Position numbers and translations under genes: made by a program
In this document: piece by piece, positions 45,457 through 57,289 of the stretch
Layout: each line of letters begins with the position of its first letter
Position numbering within the stretch: position 1 is the stretch's first letter
Assembly: GCA_034226945.1 (NCBI GenBank)
Contig: CP120457.1
Span: 372,001-436,000 of the forward strand
Source: Picochlorum sp. SENEW3
Taxonomy: Eukaryota
Direction of reading: 5' to 3'
Length of the DNA stretch: 64,000 nt
Notes under the pieces: generated by a model
Database searches by the model: none
What the model was told of the DNA's origin: nothing
Seen by the model: the letters and a program-made list of their open reading frames with translations, nothing else

Positions 45457-48400
45457 TTATTCTCCAAGTTGCTGCTTGTCTTCAATGTCGATGAGATCAA
45501 CATAGTCCCTCTTGTGGGCTGGCAAACCTGCTTGATCCTTCCAGTAGTCAATCTTCTTCTTGAGGTTCATGACTTCCTTGCTGTTGTCGTCTTGCTTGAC
45601 ATTGTTCTTGATCGTCGATACTCGTGTGGCGTATTGCAGACTGTTTTGGGTTTCGTCCAAGTTGCCATCCACAGGAGACACATTGACAAACATGAGGGTC
45701 TTTGCAGTTCCACCAATGGAATCGGACATCAACATTGTGAGCTTGTGGTCGCGATATGGGACATGTCCTTGCTCTGTAGCGAGAGCAGAAATGACGTTGC
45801 CGAGGGCAGACAAGGATTTGTTGATGGCTTGGGCCTCCTTGAGCTGGTCTCCTGCAGATCCACTCTTCTTGACTCTCTCACTTCCAGCCAAATCGACAAA
45901 GGAAAGTTTTCCTCTTGACATGCCCTGTGTCTGAAGATTGGTGGTCTCAATCATCACAGAGATGATCAAATGTGAACGAGAAGATTCTCTGTTCATCTGG
46001 GTGGAGGAGACATGTCGTCGCTTTTGTCCAGCTTCAATGGTGTCCATCAATTCGCGAACAGAATGCACCTCCACAATGGTGGATCCGGGCACAGTGACGA
46101 CTCCCTTTGGATCCTTCTTGATTTCCAATTTCGTCTTCTTGCCATCAGCTTTCTTGTCGCTGAGCAAGTCTTGGAGGTCATCAATATACAACTCCAACAT
46201 GCTGACTTGCACCTTTGAGGAAGTTTTACCAGACTGTCTCTCCAGAATGTCAAACAACTCAGTCACTCCTCTTGGAGTCAAACCAGGGAGTTCATCGTTT
46301 CCATAGATGGTGAATGTTTTTCCAGAGCCGGTCTGACCATATGCAAAGATGCAGACATTGTAACCATCAACAGCACTTTGAATCAGATGCTTTGTGTCAG
46401 CAAACACCTTCTCCTGTGTCGTATCGCCGGTGAAAACAGCATCGAAGTTGAATTCCCTCTTCTTGTCCTTCCAGTTCAGGTTGATGGTCAGTTCATCTGG
46501 AATGTTGACTGCCATTTCCTGCCCACGTTCTCTTTCGAATGTAAGAAGGGGACGAACGCGGCAGTAGACTCTAATCTTACCCTTCATATCCTCCATTTGA
46601 TTGTACAGCTTTTTCCTTGTAATCGACTCATCTTTGTACAATTTCTCAAGCTCCTCTAATCTCTTTGCCTGATTGGCGATGAGCTCAGCTTGTGCCTTTT
46701 CTTTGCGTTCCACATCTTCTTTCAGTTCCCTGAGTTCCTCCAATTCCTTCTCAGCGCCCTCAAACGACTTCAACTTGGTAGTAGCCTCGTTGAGAAGCAT
46801 CTCTTTGTTTCCCAAGTCTTCCATGAGATCATTGATTTTGTTATCCTTCTCTTTGATCGCACCGACAGCACCTGCTGTTCCGGACGCTGCTGTTGCAGCT
46901 GCAAGTTCAGCAGCATGATTCTCCTCCAACCTGGCAACCTTTTGCTCGAGAGCAGTTTTCTCTGACTGAACTGCACGGATACGAGCTTCGATCGCTTTAA
47001 TTGCCTCAGGATCGCCTCCATCCAGGCTCAAGTTTGACAAATCCATCGCAGCACCATCAGCACCTCCACCCTTCAGGGCATTCACTTCATCAGAAAGCTG
47101 TGCGTGTTGCTCTTTCAAATCAGCAATGATGGCATCTTTCTCTCTGATTGTTTCATTAGCTTCATCCAGCTGACGCTGAAGCTCTCCAATATGTGCCTGA
47201 TATTTGGGTCCAAAGTTGGCTTCAGTTGGTCCCTCTGCACTTTCAGCCTCATTTCCTGAGGCAGCCTGTGCCTTCGAGTAACGCTTCATCATAATATCAT
47301 TAATATGCGTTTGCAACGCCATGCAAATATCTTCTCCTTGCTTAGTCTCAAACTGGAAAATGTGCAAGACTCCAGCCACTCTCATCTTGAAAAAGACTGC
47401 ATTTGATGAGGATCCAAACTGCATAATGTCCCTCAATTCAGCAGATTGCAGATACTCCTTTGGCACCGGCCTGAAAAAGTGTACTCCCCGCTTATTGATA
47501 CCAATAATGAGTTTTGCTGGCAACAGACCAATGGGGTCCTCAATCCTCTTCACCGCGAAAAAGATGGAGTTTCCATACTTCATAGATCTGATAATCCTCA
47601 AGAACTGAAGACGGGAATCATCTTTGGAGAACTGAGCAAGGGCTTTATACCTTGACAGAATATCAGCTGTCCATTCGTTTCGAGGCCTGCTCGAAAGAAT
47701 GGATTTGACCATGTATTGATCAATGACGGCATCAAATTCCTTTGCATCGCTGTCAAATCCTGGACCATGCTCTGCCTGGATCTGAAGGGCACACATTTGC
47801 GCTGCATCATCCCGAATCACGGGGTATTGCCCATGGATGTAATCATGCTGCGCTTGGATGTATGAAAGAGCGACAAACCTTGGTTCAGAGATCGTTTCAT
47901 CCGTCTCTCTAAACATCTTCTTCTTGAACAAAAGCTTGACAGATTTACCATCCTTTGCCTTTGCCTGCTTGATATCAAACATGGCATCCGCAATGTACTT
48001 GTTCTCGTCCAAAGGAACATGCTCATCGAGTCCTGGAGATCCCAGCTCAGCCATAGCCTTGGATCCTTTGTGCACAGTGAACAGCGAGAATGTCTGATAA
48101 TTCTGCAACTTGATTTGAGAAGCAATAGACTCGGTTGCTTCCAGCACCGATGTGCTTGAATCGAAACTCAATTCTTCGAATGTTTCATCAAGGAAAAACA
48201 CAATGCACGTCTGCTTCTGTCCCTTCACCAATGCATCCAACTCTTGCAGTTCTGGCAGCGTTCTCCTTTGCCCAGCCTTTGCTGTCCTCTTCACAGCATT
48301 CCAAGTCGCTGTGGCCAAAGAGCGCACTTCTTCCTCTTCATCATCATCATGGGCACATTGATGAATGTATTCCGAAATCATGCTCAAAAAGTCCTTGGTT

Positions 48401-48930
48401 GGAGGCATACAGGATGCAGTAATGTAAAACAGCTGCCATGCTTTGGCACGAGACGCAGGACTGGGGCACCCACGCGTTTGCTTCACCAACTGAAGGAACA
48501 GCTCATCCCGAAGTTCAGTTCTCTTCAGCCCTTGGTGCAACAATTTCTGCGCCAACTCAAGACTCTGAACCTGAGAGAGCATTTCCCCAGACGCTCCCAT
48601 ATACTGCAACACAGAAGCAAACATCTTCACCGCTCTACTGGCATTCTCAGAAGAATGTTTCAACAAAGAAACTGGAATTGGATCACTTGAATACACAAGC
48701 ATATCATCACTCGTGAGCTGCAAACTCTGTCCATCTGCAGGAGAGTCGGATGCCTTGCCAAATCCGAGGATTTTTCCAATACCTTTTCCACCACTTCGTG
48801 AGGCTTTATTGAATGCATCCACCTGCATTTTATCATTGTGACTGTCCAAGCCTTCAAGCACAGGTGTCTTTACCCCACCGGTACTCATCCGAGTGCTTGC
48901 TGGCGTGATGGGATCATCCTCAGTGGTCAT
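45457..48930 (-). CDS. KCBP: Kinesin-like calmodulin-binding protein (MyTH4-FERM-coiled coil-kinesin-14 motor)
   Basis: MyTH4 (LRDELFLQLVKQT), FERM (LFKKKMFRE, GINKRGVHFFRP), motor motifs GKIRVYCRVRP, YGQTGSGKT, SSRSH and VDLAGSER. A small upstream exon is possible. Confidence 0.96.
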   Translation of the reverse strand: MTTEDDPITPASTRMSTGGVKTPVLEGLDSHNDKMQVDAFNKASRSGGKGIGKILGFGKASDSPADGQSLQLTSDDMLVYSSDPIPVSLLKHSSENASRAVKMFASVLQYMGASGEMLSQVQSLELAQKLLHQGLKRTELRDELFLQLVKQTRGCPSPASRAKAWQLFYITASCMPPTKDFLSMISEYIHQCAHDDDEEEEVRSLATATWNAVKRTAKAGQRRTLPELQELDALVKGQKQTCIVFFLDETFEELSFDSSTSVLEATESIASQIKLQNYQTFSLFTVHKGSKAMAELGSPGLDEHVPLDENKYIADAMFDIKQAKAKDGKSVKLLFKKKMFRETDETISEPRFVALSYIQAQHDYIHGQYPVIRDDAAQMCALQIQAEHGPGFDSDAKEFDAVIDQYMVKSILSSRPRNEWTADILSRYKALAQFSKDDSRLQFLRIIRSMKYGNSIFFAVKRIEDPIGLLPAKLIIGINKRGVHFFRPVPKEYLQSAELRDIMQFGSSSNAVFFKMRVAGVLHIFQFETKQGEDICMALQTHINDIMMKRYSKAQAASGNEAESAEGPTEANFGPKYQAHIGELQRQLDEANETIREKDAIIADLKEQHAQLSDEVNALKGGGADGAAMDLSNLSLDGGDPEAIKAIEARIRAVQSEKTALEQKVARLEENHAAELAAATAASGTAGAVGAIKEKDNKINDLMEDLGNKEMLLNEATTKLKSFEGAEKELEELRELKEDVERKEKAQAELIANQAKRLEELEKLYKDESITRKKLYNQMEDMKGKIRVYCRVRPLLTFERERGQEMAVNIPDELTINLNWKDKKREFNFDAVFTGDTTQEKVFADTKHLIQSAVDGYNVCIFAYGQTGSGKTFTIYGNDELPGLTPRGVTELFDILERQSGKTSSKVQVSMLELYIDDLQDLLSDKKADGKKTKLEIKKDPKGVVTVPGSTIVEVHSVRELMDTIEAGQKRRHVSSTQMNRESSRSHLIISVMIETTNLQTQGMSRGKLSFVDLAGSERVKKSGSAGDQLKEAQAINKSLSALGNVISALATEQGHVPYRDHKLTMLMSDSIGGTAKTLMFVNVSPVDGNLDETQNSLQYATRVSTIKNNVKQDDNSKEVMNLKKKIDYWKDQAGLPAHKRDYVDLIDIEDKQQLGE

Positions 48931-49921
48931 GGCTGCTAGGGACACACACACAACACGAGAGGTTCACTTCACCGTTACCGCTGCAGCGGGACAATGTCGA
49001 TATAGATCTGCATGAGTATTGATATCAAGTCAAATTCCGAGCCCACACATGCTGTTTCCGTGGGTCGTTGTGCAGCGTTGGGAGCAACGCGTCGAGTCAA
49101 CGAATCAAGGCACGCAGATGCCCATACACTCGGGATGGGCGTGACCTAATACACAATTGGATCGAATTCAAACCCATGAGCCCATGAAAATACACAATGA
49201 TGCCAATAGGACGGTGCGTTTGCAATCCATGACCGGGGTGAGAGAAATTCGATCCACCCCCCAAACTCCACCAATGGATGCATTTGATCCACATTTCAGG
49301 AACTGAAATTTGTAAATATTAGGAAAAGGACAATCATGAGGCCTACCTGTGCGACAAGTACCTCCCGCTCGAAGGTGATCTCTGCACACGCAACGTCGTC
49401 TCTGCGGAAGATTCTGTTCCACGAACAAATCGGGAGTTGTATCAATTTCTTACTGCGCAAGTCGAAAATATATTGAGAAAAATTGGCAGTTGTGGATGCA
49501 TGAATGGCATTTCAAGCGCAATGCGGATGCTGGCACATCATCGTCTGTTGGGCAGGGTCTTTGATGGGCATATCGATATCCATGATCATGGGCATCTGGT
49601 GGCCACCAGTCAGTATACCTACTCGAATAACAACAATTCCTAGAGGTATGTTTTTGATCCACTTGAAAGATGTCACGTTGTGGCGAGTGAAACAAATGCT
49701 GGAGCTTGGGTCAATACCAGTGTCCGGTATTGACTGTGAGTAACCGACAGATGATTATGGTGTTTGACCTGCAGGTCAATCAGCTGATGGAGTACCCAAC
49801 AACACAAGGCACTGCTGTATATATTGTGTAGGTGCCTCAGAGTCTATATATATACTCGTTCATGGTATAGGTATTCGTTATACGTATCATTCCATTACGG
49901 TAATATATATAGAGTCTGGTG

Positions 49922-51397
49922 ATGATGGTGGCACCAGACAAGCGGTATGTACCAAAGGGTGGGTATCTGGTGGATTTTGAGAAGAGGGTCACCCCAAAGT
50001 TGAAGAGGATTATGGCAAAGGAGTCTGGTGATGTAGCGGCAAAGGAAGAGTGTACAATGAGTGGGGACACGCCGTCATCTGAATGTATGGCACTGGTGTT
50101 GTGGAATGGTGGTCAACCACCAGCAGAGAGCAGTGCTGTCGTGGAGCACGTGACACAAACAACGCATACAAAGAATACGAGTCAGCATAAAACGCAATGG
50201 AAGCCTCCAGGATGTTTGAAGAGACAGTTATGGAAGAGGCCGGCGAGTTGGGCAAGGTCAGCTAAGAAGAAGAACCAGCACATGGATGACAAGGCACCAC
50301 CAGTATCTGTTGACGACGAAGCCCAAAAGCAAGCTGAAGAATACCTGAAGGAAGAACGGTGTATCTTGGAGAAGGAAAGAGAAAAGTTGGCGGAACAGCA
50401 GGACATGGCACAAAGGAAGATGATCCAGGCAGAGTCCTTGATGTCAAAGTGCTCACGAGAGATGAAGGAGTTTCAGGCGTACAAGGTAGGTGATGTGTTG
50501 ACAAGAGACACCTTTACATATTTTTTGAGTATCGTATGCGTGCCATATTGCACAGGAGGAAGAGATGGAGAATATTCGGCAGATGAAAGTGTCTGTGAAG
50601 CAACGCAGGATTCGAGATAAGCTGGCTGGTGCATCTGAGGCGAGAGGATCCTTACACCATGCAGAAATTGCAAAGTTGCGCGTTCAGATTGAGGAATTTG
50701 AGGTATGTTGGTTATCAAAAAGGAATGAGATTACCAATCATGAACACACAAGACTGAAACAATGGTGCAGGCAGCATTGAAGGATACCAATGCCAAAGGG
50801 AAGGCTCAGGCTCAAAAACACCATGTTGAAATCGCCAAATACAGAGAACGGGAGAAGATAATGGAGGAAGAAATCATGCATCTTCAGGAAACATTGGCAA
50901 AGTATCGCCTCACATCAGATGATGTAAAACGACAATCTGTGAGGTTGCCATCAACGCCAGATGAACAGCCATGCCCAGCATCCACAGAAGTGATGAAGCA
51001 CGGGATCGTTGAGGAAATCAAACATGAAAACAACACGGTTGAAAGACGGTGGGCAAATGGTAGCAAGCAGTTTGTGTATGAAAATGGAGACGTGAGGCAA
51101 ACATTTGATTCGCAGGTTGTTCAGTACTATTACTCCAGCATTGATTGTTGGAATACCTCGTATCCCAACGGCGATCACGTGTACTATTTCAAAGATGGTA
51201 GAAGAGAGTGCCACTGCTCCGATGGCACGATTCAAATACTATTACAGAATCATCAGGTTGCATATTCTACACAGGGACCGTTGCATGCATTACAAAGCAT
51301 CCCCATCCACAGCATAAATACAAATCTTCTGCAGCCATGTCCAACAATTTTGGGCTCCGACTATACCCCTTCATCATCTAACATCGTGATCAGATGA
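49922..51397 (+). CDS. Coiled-coil protein with C-terminal TCP10/G-box domain (SAS-4/CPAP/CENPJ-like)
   Basis: Three exons joined by introns 50486..50555 and 50703..50770. C-terminal beta-meander repeats ERRWANG..YENGDV..YYYS..TSYPNG..YFKDG..HCSDGT are typical of the Tcp10_C domain. Confidence 0.75.
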
Positions 51398-52451
51398 TGA
51401 CGAACTATGACCACTACTGCTACTTGACGCCAGGGATGGAGACGAGACTCTGGTGATATCTACCAGAGGCTGTTGCTTCTCACCACCATCCTCTTTGCAC
51501 ACAGGAAACACGAGCTCCGACCCGCTGGACTCAAAATACCCATTCATGTGAGCAAATTCAAATATTTGGACAAGCTTTGCCTTGTATGATCTGCATGAGA
51601 TATATACATATCAAAAAATTTCAAAAGTAAAATCCAAACACACACACAAGACGACAACAAATGCATCTCATACTATGCATATATACCCACCTAATATCCT
51701 TCTCAAGCAACCGTTCTAACAGTGTCGGACGATGCACCACAGGCTGTACCCTACACACCTCAGTCTTCTTCATTCTCTTTGCATCACGCCTCTGCTCTGC
51801 CAACGGTCTGCTCTTTGCCTTTGCAAGATTATCAATCAACTCTTTCGTACCAGCCTTCTTGATCAACCCCAACCTCTTCTGAGTATCCAACACATCCATC
51901 AATTTAATACTACGATCATCCGATTCCTCCTTTTTCCGCCGAATATTCTCCTCTGTAGGCCAATGTTTCCTCCTCTCAGCCTTCCACGCCTCAATCTCCT
52001 TCCTCTCAGCCTCACTCACCGGTTCCCGCACACGAGCATCTTCCACCATGCGTTCAACCGGAGGAACAATATCCTTTTTCCGTTTTCTCTTCTGCCCAAC
52101 AGGCTTTGACGTAAGATATGGTCGTGGAGGCATCTGATGATGATAGGGCCTTGGGCTCATCCCACCCCCATGGTACACAGGCCCTGGCTGCCGATGATAA
52201 TTCACATACGGACGAGGCGGCTGTCCATATGGCTGATAGTGCACCGGTGGACCATAATGATGGCTATAATGCTGCGCTTGAAGAGACACTGGCCTGGGCT
52301 GCCACCCAGCATTCCCTCCTGCGTGCTGCCATGCCCCCCCATACTGCTGCTGCTGCTGTTGTTGTTGTTGCTGATAACTAGTAGTATATGGATAATACCC
52401 TGAACCCTGAGAATAGGGCCCCTGCGGGTGTCCACCCCTGTTACCACTCAT
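51374..52451 (-). CDS. NUFIP1/Rsa1-domain protein (box C/D snoRNP assembly)
   Basis: EIEAWKAERRKHWPTEENI is the NUFIP1 signature. PTLLERLLEKDIR|SYKAKLVQIF spans an intron at ~51591..51690. The N-terminus is Q/P/Y-rich. Confidence 0.8.
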
Positions 52452-52871
52452 GCACCATGCTTTCTCTCTCCAATCCAAGCAACAATGGCACCAAGAGCAC
52501 AAGAGTATATGTATCTTATTATTAGTATGGATTAAAACAGAAGAAAAATTGTGCTTCTGTTCAGGTGACACACAAAAACATCATGACTCGCTCTTCGTAC
52601 TGAAGACCACCGATGGATATATACCGATATCGGTCAACCATGGTCTTTGATAGGAACCAAATGTATTCTCGCATGGTGAATTATTTTTTTCATACCATTC
52701 GCTTGAATCAAGGCTGACACATATAAATATAGCAATAGTACTACTGTTAACAAGAATAATACTACGGTAGTTGCATATAGTGATTTATAGGAAAACCTTG
52801 GCTGTGATTTCCCGAGTGATCATTGTCCTCGACATCCATCCAGTAGAATACCGACTCATTTTTGATTTACG

Positions 52872-53864
52872 ATGAATAGTAGTAGTAGTTCATATAAGTT
52901 GGCTTCAACGCCATCAGCTGGTATGCAGACGAAGCAGCATGCGACCTGGTCACCGTACGTGTTTTCTTTTCACCCCTTTTTTCCTCTCTCTCTCTCTCTC
53001 TCTCCCTTTTTTTTTCTCGCTCTCTTGTATGATGATGATAATAACGATGATGATGATGTTCAGATACGATGATAATGGTGGTACTGTCGTGGCTGTGGCT
53101 GGAGATGACTATTGTATTGTGGCAGGAAGCACACGCTTGTCTACAGGGTATTCCATCCTGACGAGACAGCAGAGCAAGATTCTGCGATTGTACGTTGTTG
53201 TTGCTGCAAGAGTTTGTTTTTCTTTCTTCTACTCACAGATTGATTGCCATTGATATGAACATCCTCATACCATGGTATATGCATCATACCAAGGACGAGT
53301 AAAAAATGAAAAATCTCACTTGTATGTATGTATGTATGTTGATGCAGATCGGATGTATGCGTTATTGCAAGCGCTGGAATGCAAGCAGATAGACAGGCAT
53401 TGCACAAACTCCTTCAAAGTAGACATGTGATGTATCAATTTAATCACAGAAAGCCAATGTCATCAAACGCCGTGGCCCAACTGCTATCAACAACGCTGTA
53501 CTATAAACGATTCTTCCCATACTACACATTTAATCTGTGCTGCGGATTAGATGAGGAAGGAAAGGGCGCTATTTATAGTTATGATGCCATTGGGTCGTTT
53601 GAACGGGTAGGATTTGGATGCCAGGGATCAGGCAAAGATTTGATACAGCCAGTGCTGGATGAACAGCTCAAGGCTGGACATCCTCTGGCCTTGCCTCCAC
53701 AGCAGTGGCTTAGTTCTTTACCCATGGAACAGGCGATAGATTTGGTAAAAGATGCATTCGTATCAGCGGGAGAGCGTGATATTTATACTGGTGATGATGT
53801 GGAAATCCTCATCATCACCAAAGATGGCATCCGCACTGATTCCTTGGCACTCAAGAAGGATTGA
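52872..53864 (+). CDS. PSMB1: 20S proteasome subunit beta type-1 (beta6)
   Basis: WSP|YDDNGGT, RLSTGYSILTR, LSTTLYYKRFFPYY, ERDIYTGD, C-terminal LKKD; two introns. Start at 52872 or 52923. Confidence 0.95.
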
Positions 53865-53977
53865 TCTATTGATCTATTGAATATATATATAGATGTTCAT
53901 TACATTCATGTGAAGAACGAAAAAAACAACAGCAGAATACCTAGATCGCATGATTGATTGACACTGTGATGAATTAA

Positions 53978-54169
53978 TTAATGTTTGGAAGAATCTCCTG
54001 AAGAACCAGCATGGCCTCCTCCTCCTGTTCCTGCTGCTGTTTGGTCATACGCTACATATCCAAGAAATGCTATCAATCCTAGTCCAAATCCTGGCACAGA
54101 ATACCGCATGTTGTTTATCAGGAGAGGATGTGCTCTCCACGCATCAAATTTCTGCCAGTTAAAGGACAT
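53978..54169 (-). CDS. NDUFB3: Complex I subunit NDUFB3 (B12)-like
   Basis: DAWRAHPLL...RYSVPGFGLGLIAFLGYVAYD with a His-containing tail, matching the plant/algal B12 pattern. Confidence 0.7.
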   Translation of the reverse strand: MSFNWQKFDAWRAHPLLINNMRYSVPGFGLGLIAFLGYVAYDQTAAGTGGGGHAGSSGDSSKH

Positions 54170-54468
54170 GTTTGCTTGGATATCTACCAACTACCACCCA
54201 CTCACATGTGCATAATAATAGTAGATTTTGCTAAAAAATAGATCCACACCAGTGCACCGACTGCTGGAATACACAGTCACGCATGCTCAATCAAGAACAT
54301 TGGGGTTTACGACATCTCCCATCATCAGTGCCTTTCAATGGGATGCCATCTCGACACTCGTAGACTTGCTTCCAGTGGGTCTTTGACATTGCCATGCACT
54401 GCCACTAGATCCTTTCTCTATATAAAATAACGTTCTATTACATAGAATACATACATCAGATAGAAACT

Positions 54469-55597
54469 ATGGCTGAGACATTGACTCTTCGCGGAGAATT
54501 GAAAGCACACAGGGGATGGGTGACGGCCATTGCGCCACCTCTCGATCCAAACTCTGATGTGCTCCTCACATCATCCAGGTATGTTTTCTTTGAATGCAAT
54601 TTTAGTATTGTAATATGAGATGGGAGGATGTGTGATCTCATCCTTTTCCAAAGTCGTCAGGCAGGCAGCTGTCTGACTGAGACGGCGGCCCAACACCATC
54701 CCGGAGGCGGAGAGGCTCAGAGTATCTTATGATTGATCTTTTATATGCAGAGATAAGACTGTGATTGTCTGGAACTTGACCCGTGAGGAAGGAGAGTATG
54801 GATATGCCCGTAGAGCTCTTCGTGGTCACTCTCACTTTGTCCAGGACGTTGTCATTTCCTCTGATGGACAGTTCTGCTTGTCTGGATCATGGGATGGAAC
54901 TCTTCGTCTTTGGGATGTGAACACTGGAGCTACAACTCGTCGCTTCTTGGGACACTCCAAGGATGTCTTGTCTGTTGCCTTCTCTGTGGACAACCGTCAG
55001 ATTGTGTCTGGATCCCGTGATAAGACCATCAAGCTCTGGAACACCATCGGAGAGTGCAAGTACACTGTTGATGAGCCAGAAGGTCACACGGAGTGGGTGT
55101 CTTGCGTGCGCTTCTCACCAAACGCCAAGCACCAGATCATCATCTCTGCTGGGTGGGACAAGCTCATCAAGGTGTGGAACTTGAACACATTGAAGCTCAT
55201 CAACAACTTGAGCGGACACACCGGATACATCAACACAGTGACCGTATCCCCAGATGGTTCTCTTTGCGCCTCTGGTGGTAAGGATGGAGTTGCCATGCTC
55301 TGGGATCTCTCCGAGGGCAAGCGCCTCTACTCTTTGGAGAGTGGATCCATCATCCACTCCCTCTGCTTCTCTCCAAACCGTTACTGGTTGTGCGCTGCCA
55401 CCCAGTCATGCATTAAGATTTGGGATTTGGAATCCAAGGGACTCGTTGAGGAGCTCAGACCAGAGTTTGAGAATGTTGGAAAGAAGAGCCAGCCACCATA
55501 TGCCATCTGCTTGGCATGGTCTGCTGATGGTTCTACTCTCTACTCTGGATACACTGACGGAGTTGTTCGTGTGTGGCAGGTTGGACGTGCTATTTAA
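54469..55597 (+). CDS. RACK1: Receptor for activated C kinase 1 (40S-associated WD40 protein)
   Basis: [57 protein letters not shown]; intron 54579..54750. Confidence 0.98.
54615..54730 (+). ncRNA. Candidate structured intronic RNA (snoRNA-like) in the RACK1 intron
   Basis: The intron is 172 nt, about twice the typical size here, with a GC-rich core. Stems: GGAGGATG/CATCCTTT, GTCAGGCAG/CTGTCTGAC, and CTGAG/CTCAG followed by AGAGTA (ANANNA). Confidence 0.4.
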
Positions 55598-56066
55598 GCG
55601 GTGTATAGTGTGATGTGAGAAGAGACTTGTGATCACGGAGCAGGTTTCATAATCTTTCTTTTTTGATGAAGGCTGGATCCAATATTGCTGAGACGCTCTT
55701 CTTGTACATCAATCATGATCAATGAAGTATTATATATAGCTTCTTCTTCTTCTTCTCATATGTAATATGACAGTATTAGTACTATTCTTGAAGAAGAAGA
55801 AGAAGAAATGATCATCAGTATGCAATAGTGCATGCATAGTACCATGTGGCATCAGTAGAACATGAGAAAGATCATTATGTGCTGCTTCTGCAGTAATTTA
55901 TGTGAAAATATATAATTGTATGCAAACAAACCATGGAATAATAAAAGTGGACATTGATATTGGATGAATACAAATATTGGCTGCTACAACAACAACAAAA
56001 GAAGAATTGGAATTTCTCTGACGACGACGTGTACATGACGAATATCAAAGAGAGACAGATAGTACC

Positions 56067-57205
56067 ATGAGTGGTTTTGACTGGAAAGAAACAATTGATG
56101 ATGCGAGTTTGACTGGAAATGAAGGGACAGAGGCTGACATGAGTCGAGCAATCGCAGTGGACGAAGAAACATTGCTCGATGCACGAAACGAACCAGAATA
56201 TTCGGGTAGGGAAGAATTAGAGGAAACTATGAAATTATTATTTGCTGGGGGTTTGGCTGGGGCTGTGTCAAAATCAGCAACGGCGCCTTTGGCTCGACTG
56301 ACGATTCTGTACCAGGTGAGTAATAATACCTGAGACACACATGGGCATGGCATGTTCTCTTGATCCTGATTCTGATGTAGGTGCGTGGGATAACAGCGAG
56401 TCCGCAAAAGGGTTTCTTGCCCTCTGCCCAGGGGTTTCATGTGATGGAGGCCATCAAATATATTGCTCGGACAGAGGGTTTGAAATCTCTATGGAGGGGG
56501 AATGGAGTGACGATTGTGCACCGAATACCGTATTCTGCTGCAAATTTTTGGACGTATGAAAAGGTGAATGAACTGTGGAAGGAGTATGCTCCGGCTCGGG
56601 GTCCGTTGTCGTCTGGGGATGTGTCTCGGAGGTTGGTTGCAGGGGGGACTGCTGGGCTTGTGGCATGCACCATTGCCTATCCATTGGACTTGATACGAAC
56701 ACGACTTGCTGCACAGTCGGAATATATGTATTATGATGGTATTACGGATGCGTTCAAAAAAATTGCGAGGGATGAGGGGTATGGTGGGTTGTACAAGGGT
56801 CTTGGTGCAACATTGGCACAGGTGGCTCCATCGTTGGCAATCAACTATGCAGCATATGAGACGGCTCGGTCCGCATGGCTGTCGTATACAGATCAGGAAA
56901 TACCAAGTGTTGCAACGAGCTTGACGTGCGGGAGTATCGCAGGGTTGATTTCATCCACAGCAACATTCCCCCTGGATCTGGTGAGGAGACGGTTGCAATT
57001 GCAGGGGCATTCGAGGAGTTCCAAAGTATACGGGTCGTATATGGGAGCATTTAGAGATATAATAAAAACCGAGGGATGGAGAGGTTTATACGCTGGAATA
57101 TTACCAGAGTATTACAAGGTCATCCCAGGCGTTGCTATTGCTTTTTGTACCTATGAATTCATGAAGCTTTCATTGCGTGTTCAAACAAATGCCACCTCAC
57201 GGTAA
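56067..57205 (+). CDS. Mitochondrial carrier family (SLC25) protein
   Basis: Three carrier signatures (APLARLTI, YPLDLIRTR, FPLDLVRRR); intron 56316..56380. Confidence 0.93.
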
Positions 57206-57289
57206 TCATTATTACTATTCTTTTCTTTATATATAAACAATACATTGATGGTCTTTGATATATACACACGGACGCTATGAAACAGTCTA

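Noticed and set aside
52981..53060. (CT)n and (GAT)n tracts
   Set aside because: Ordinary intronic microsatellites in PSMB1.
54652..54720. Resemblance to an HDV ribozyme (CAACACCAT..CCGG.GGCG) or a TPP riboswitch (CTGAGA)
   Set aside because: No P2/P3/L3 pseudoknot elements can be built, and the TPP AACCTGAT half is absent.
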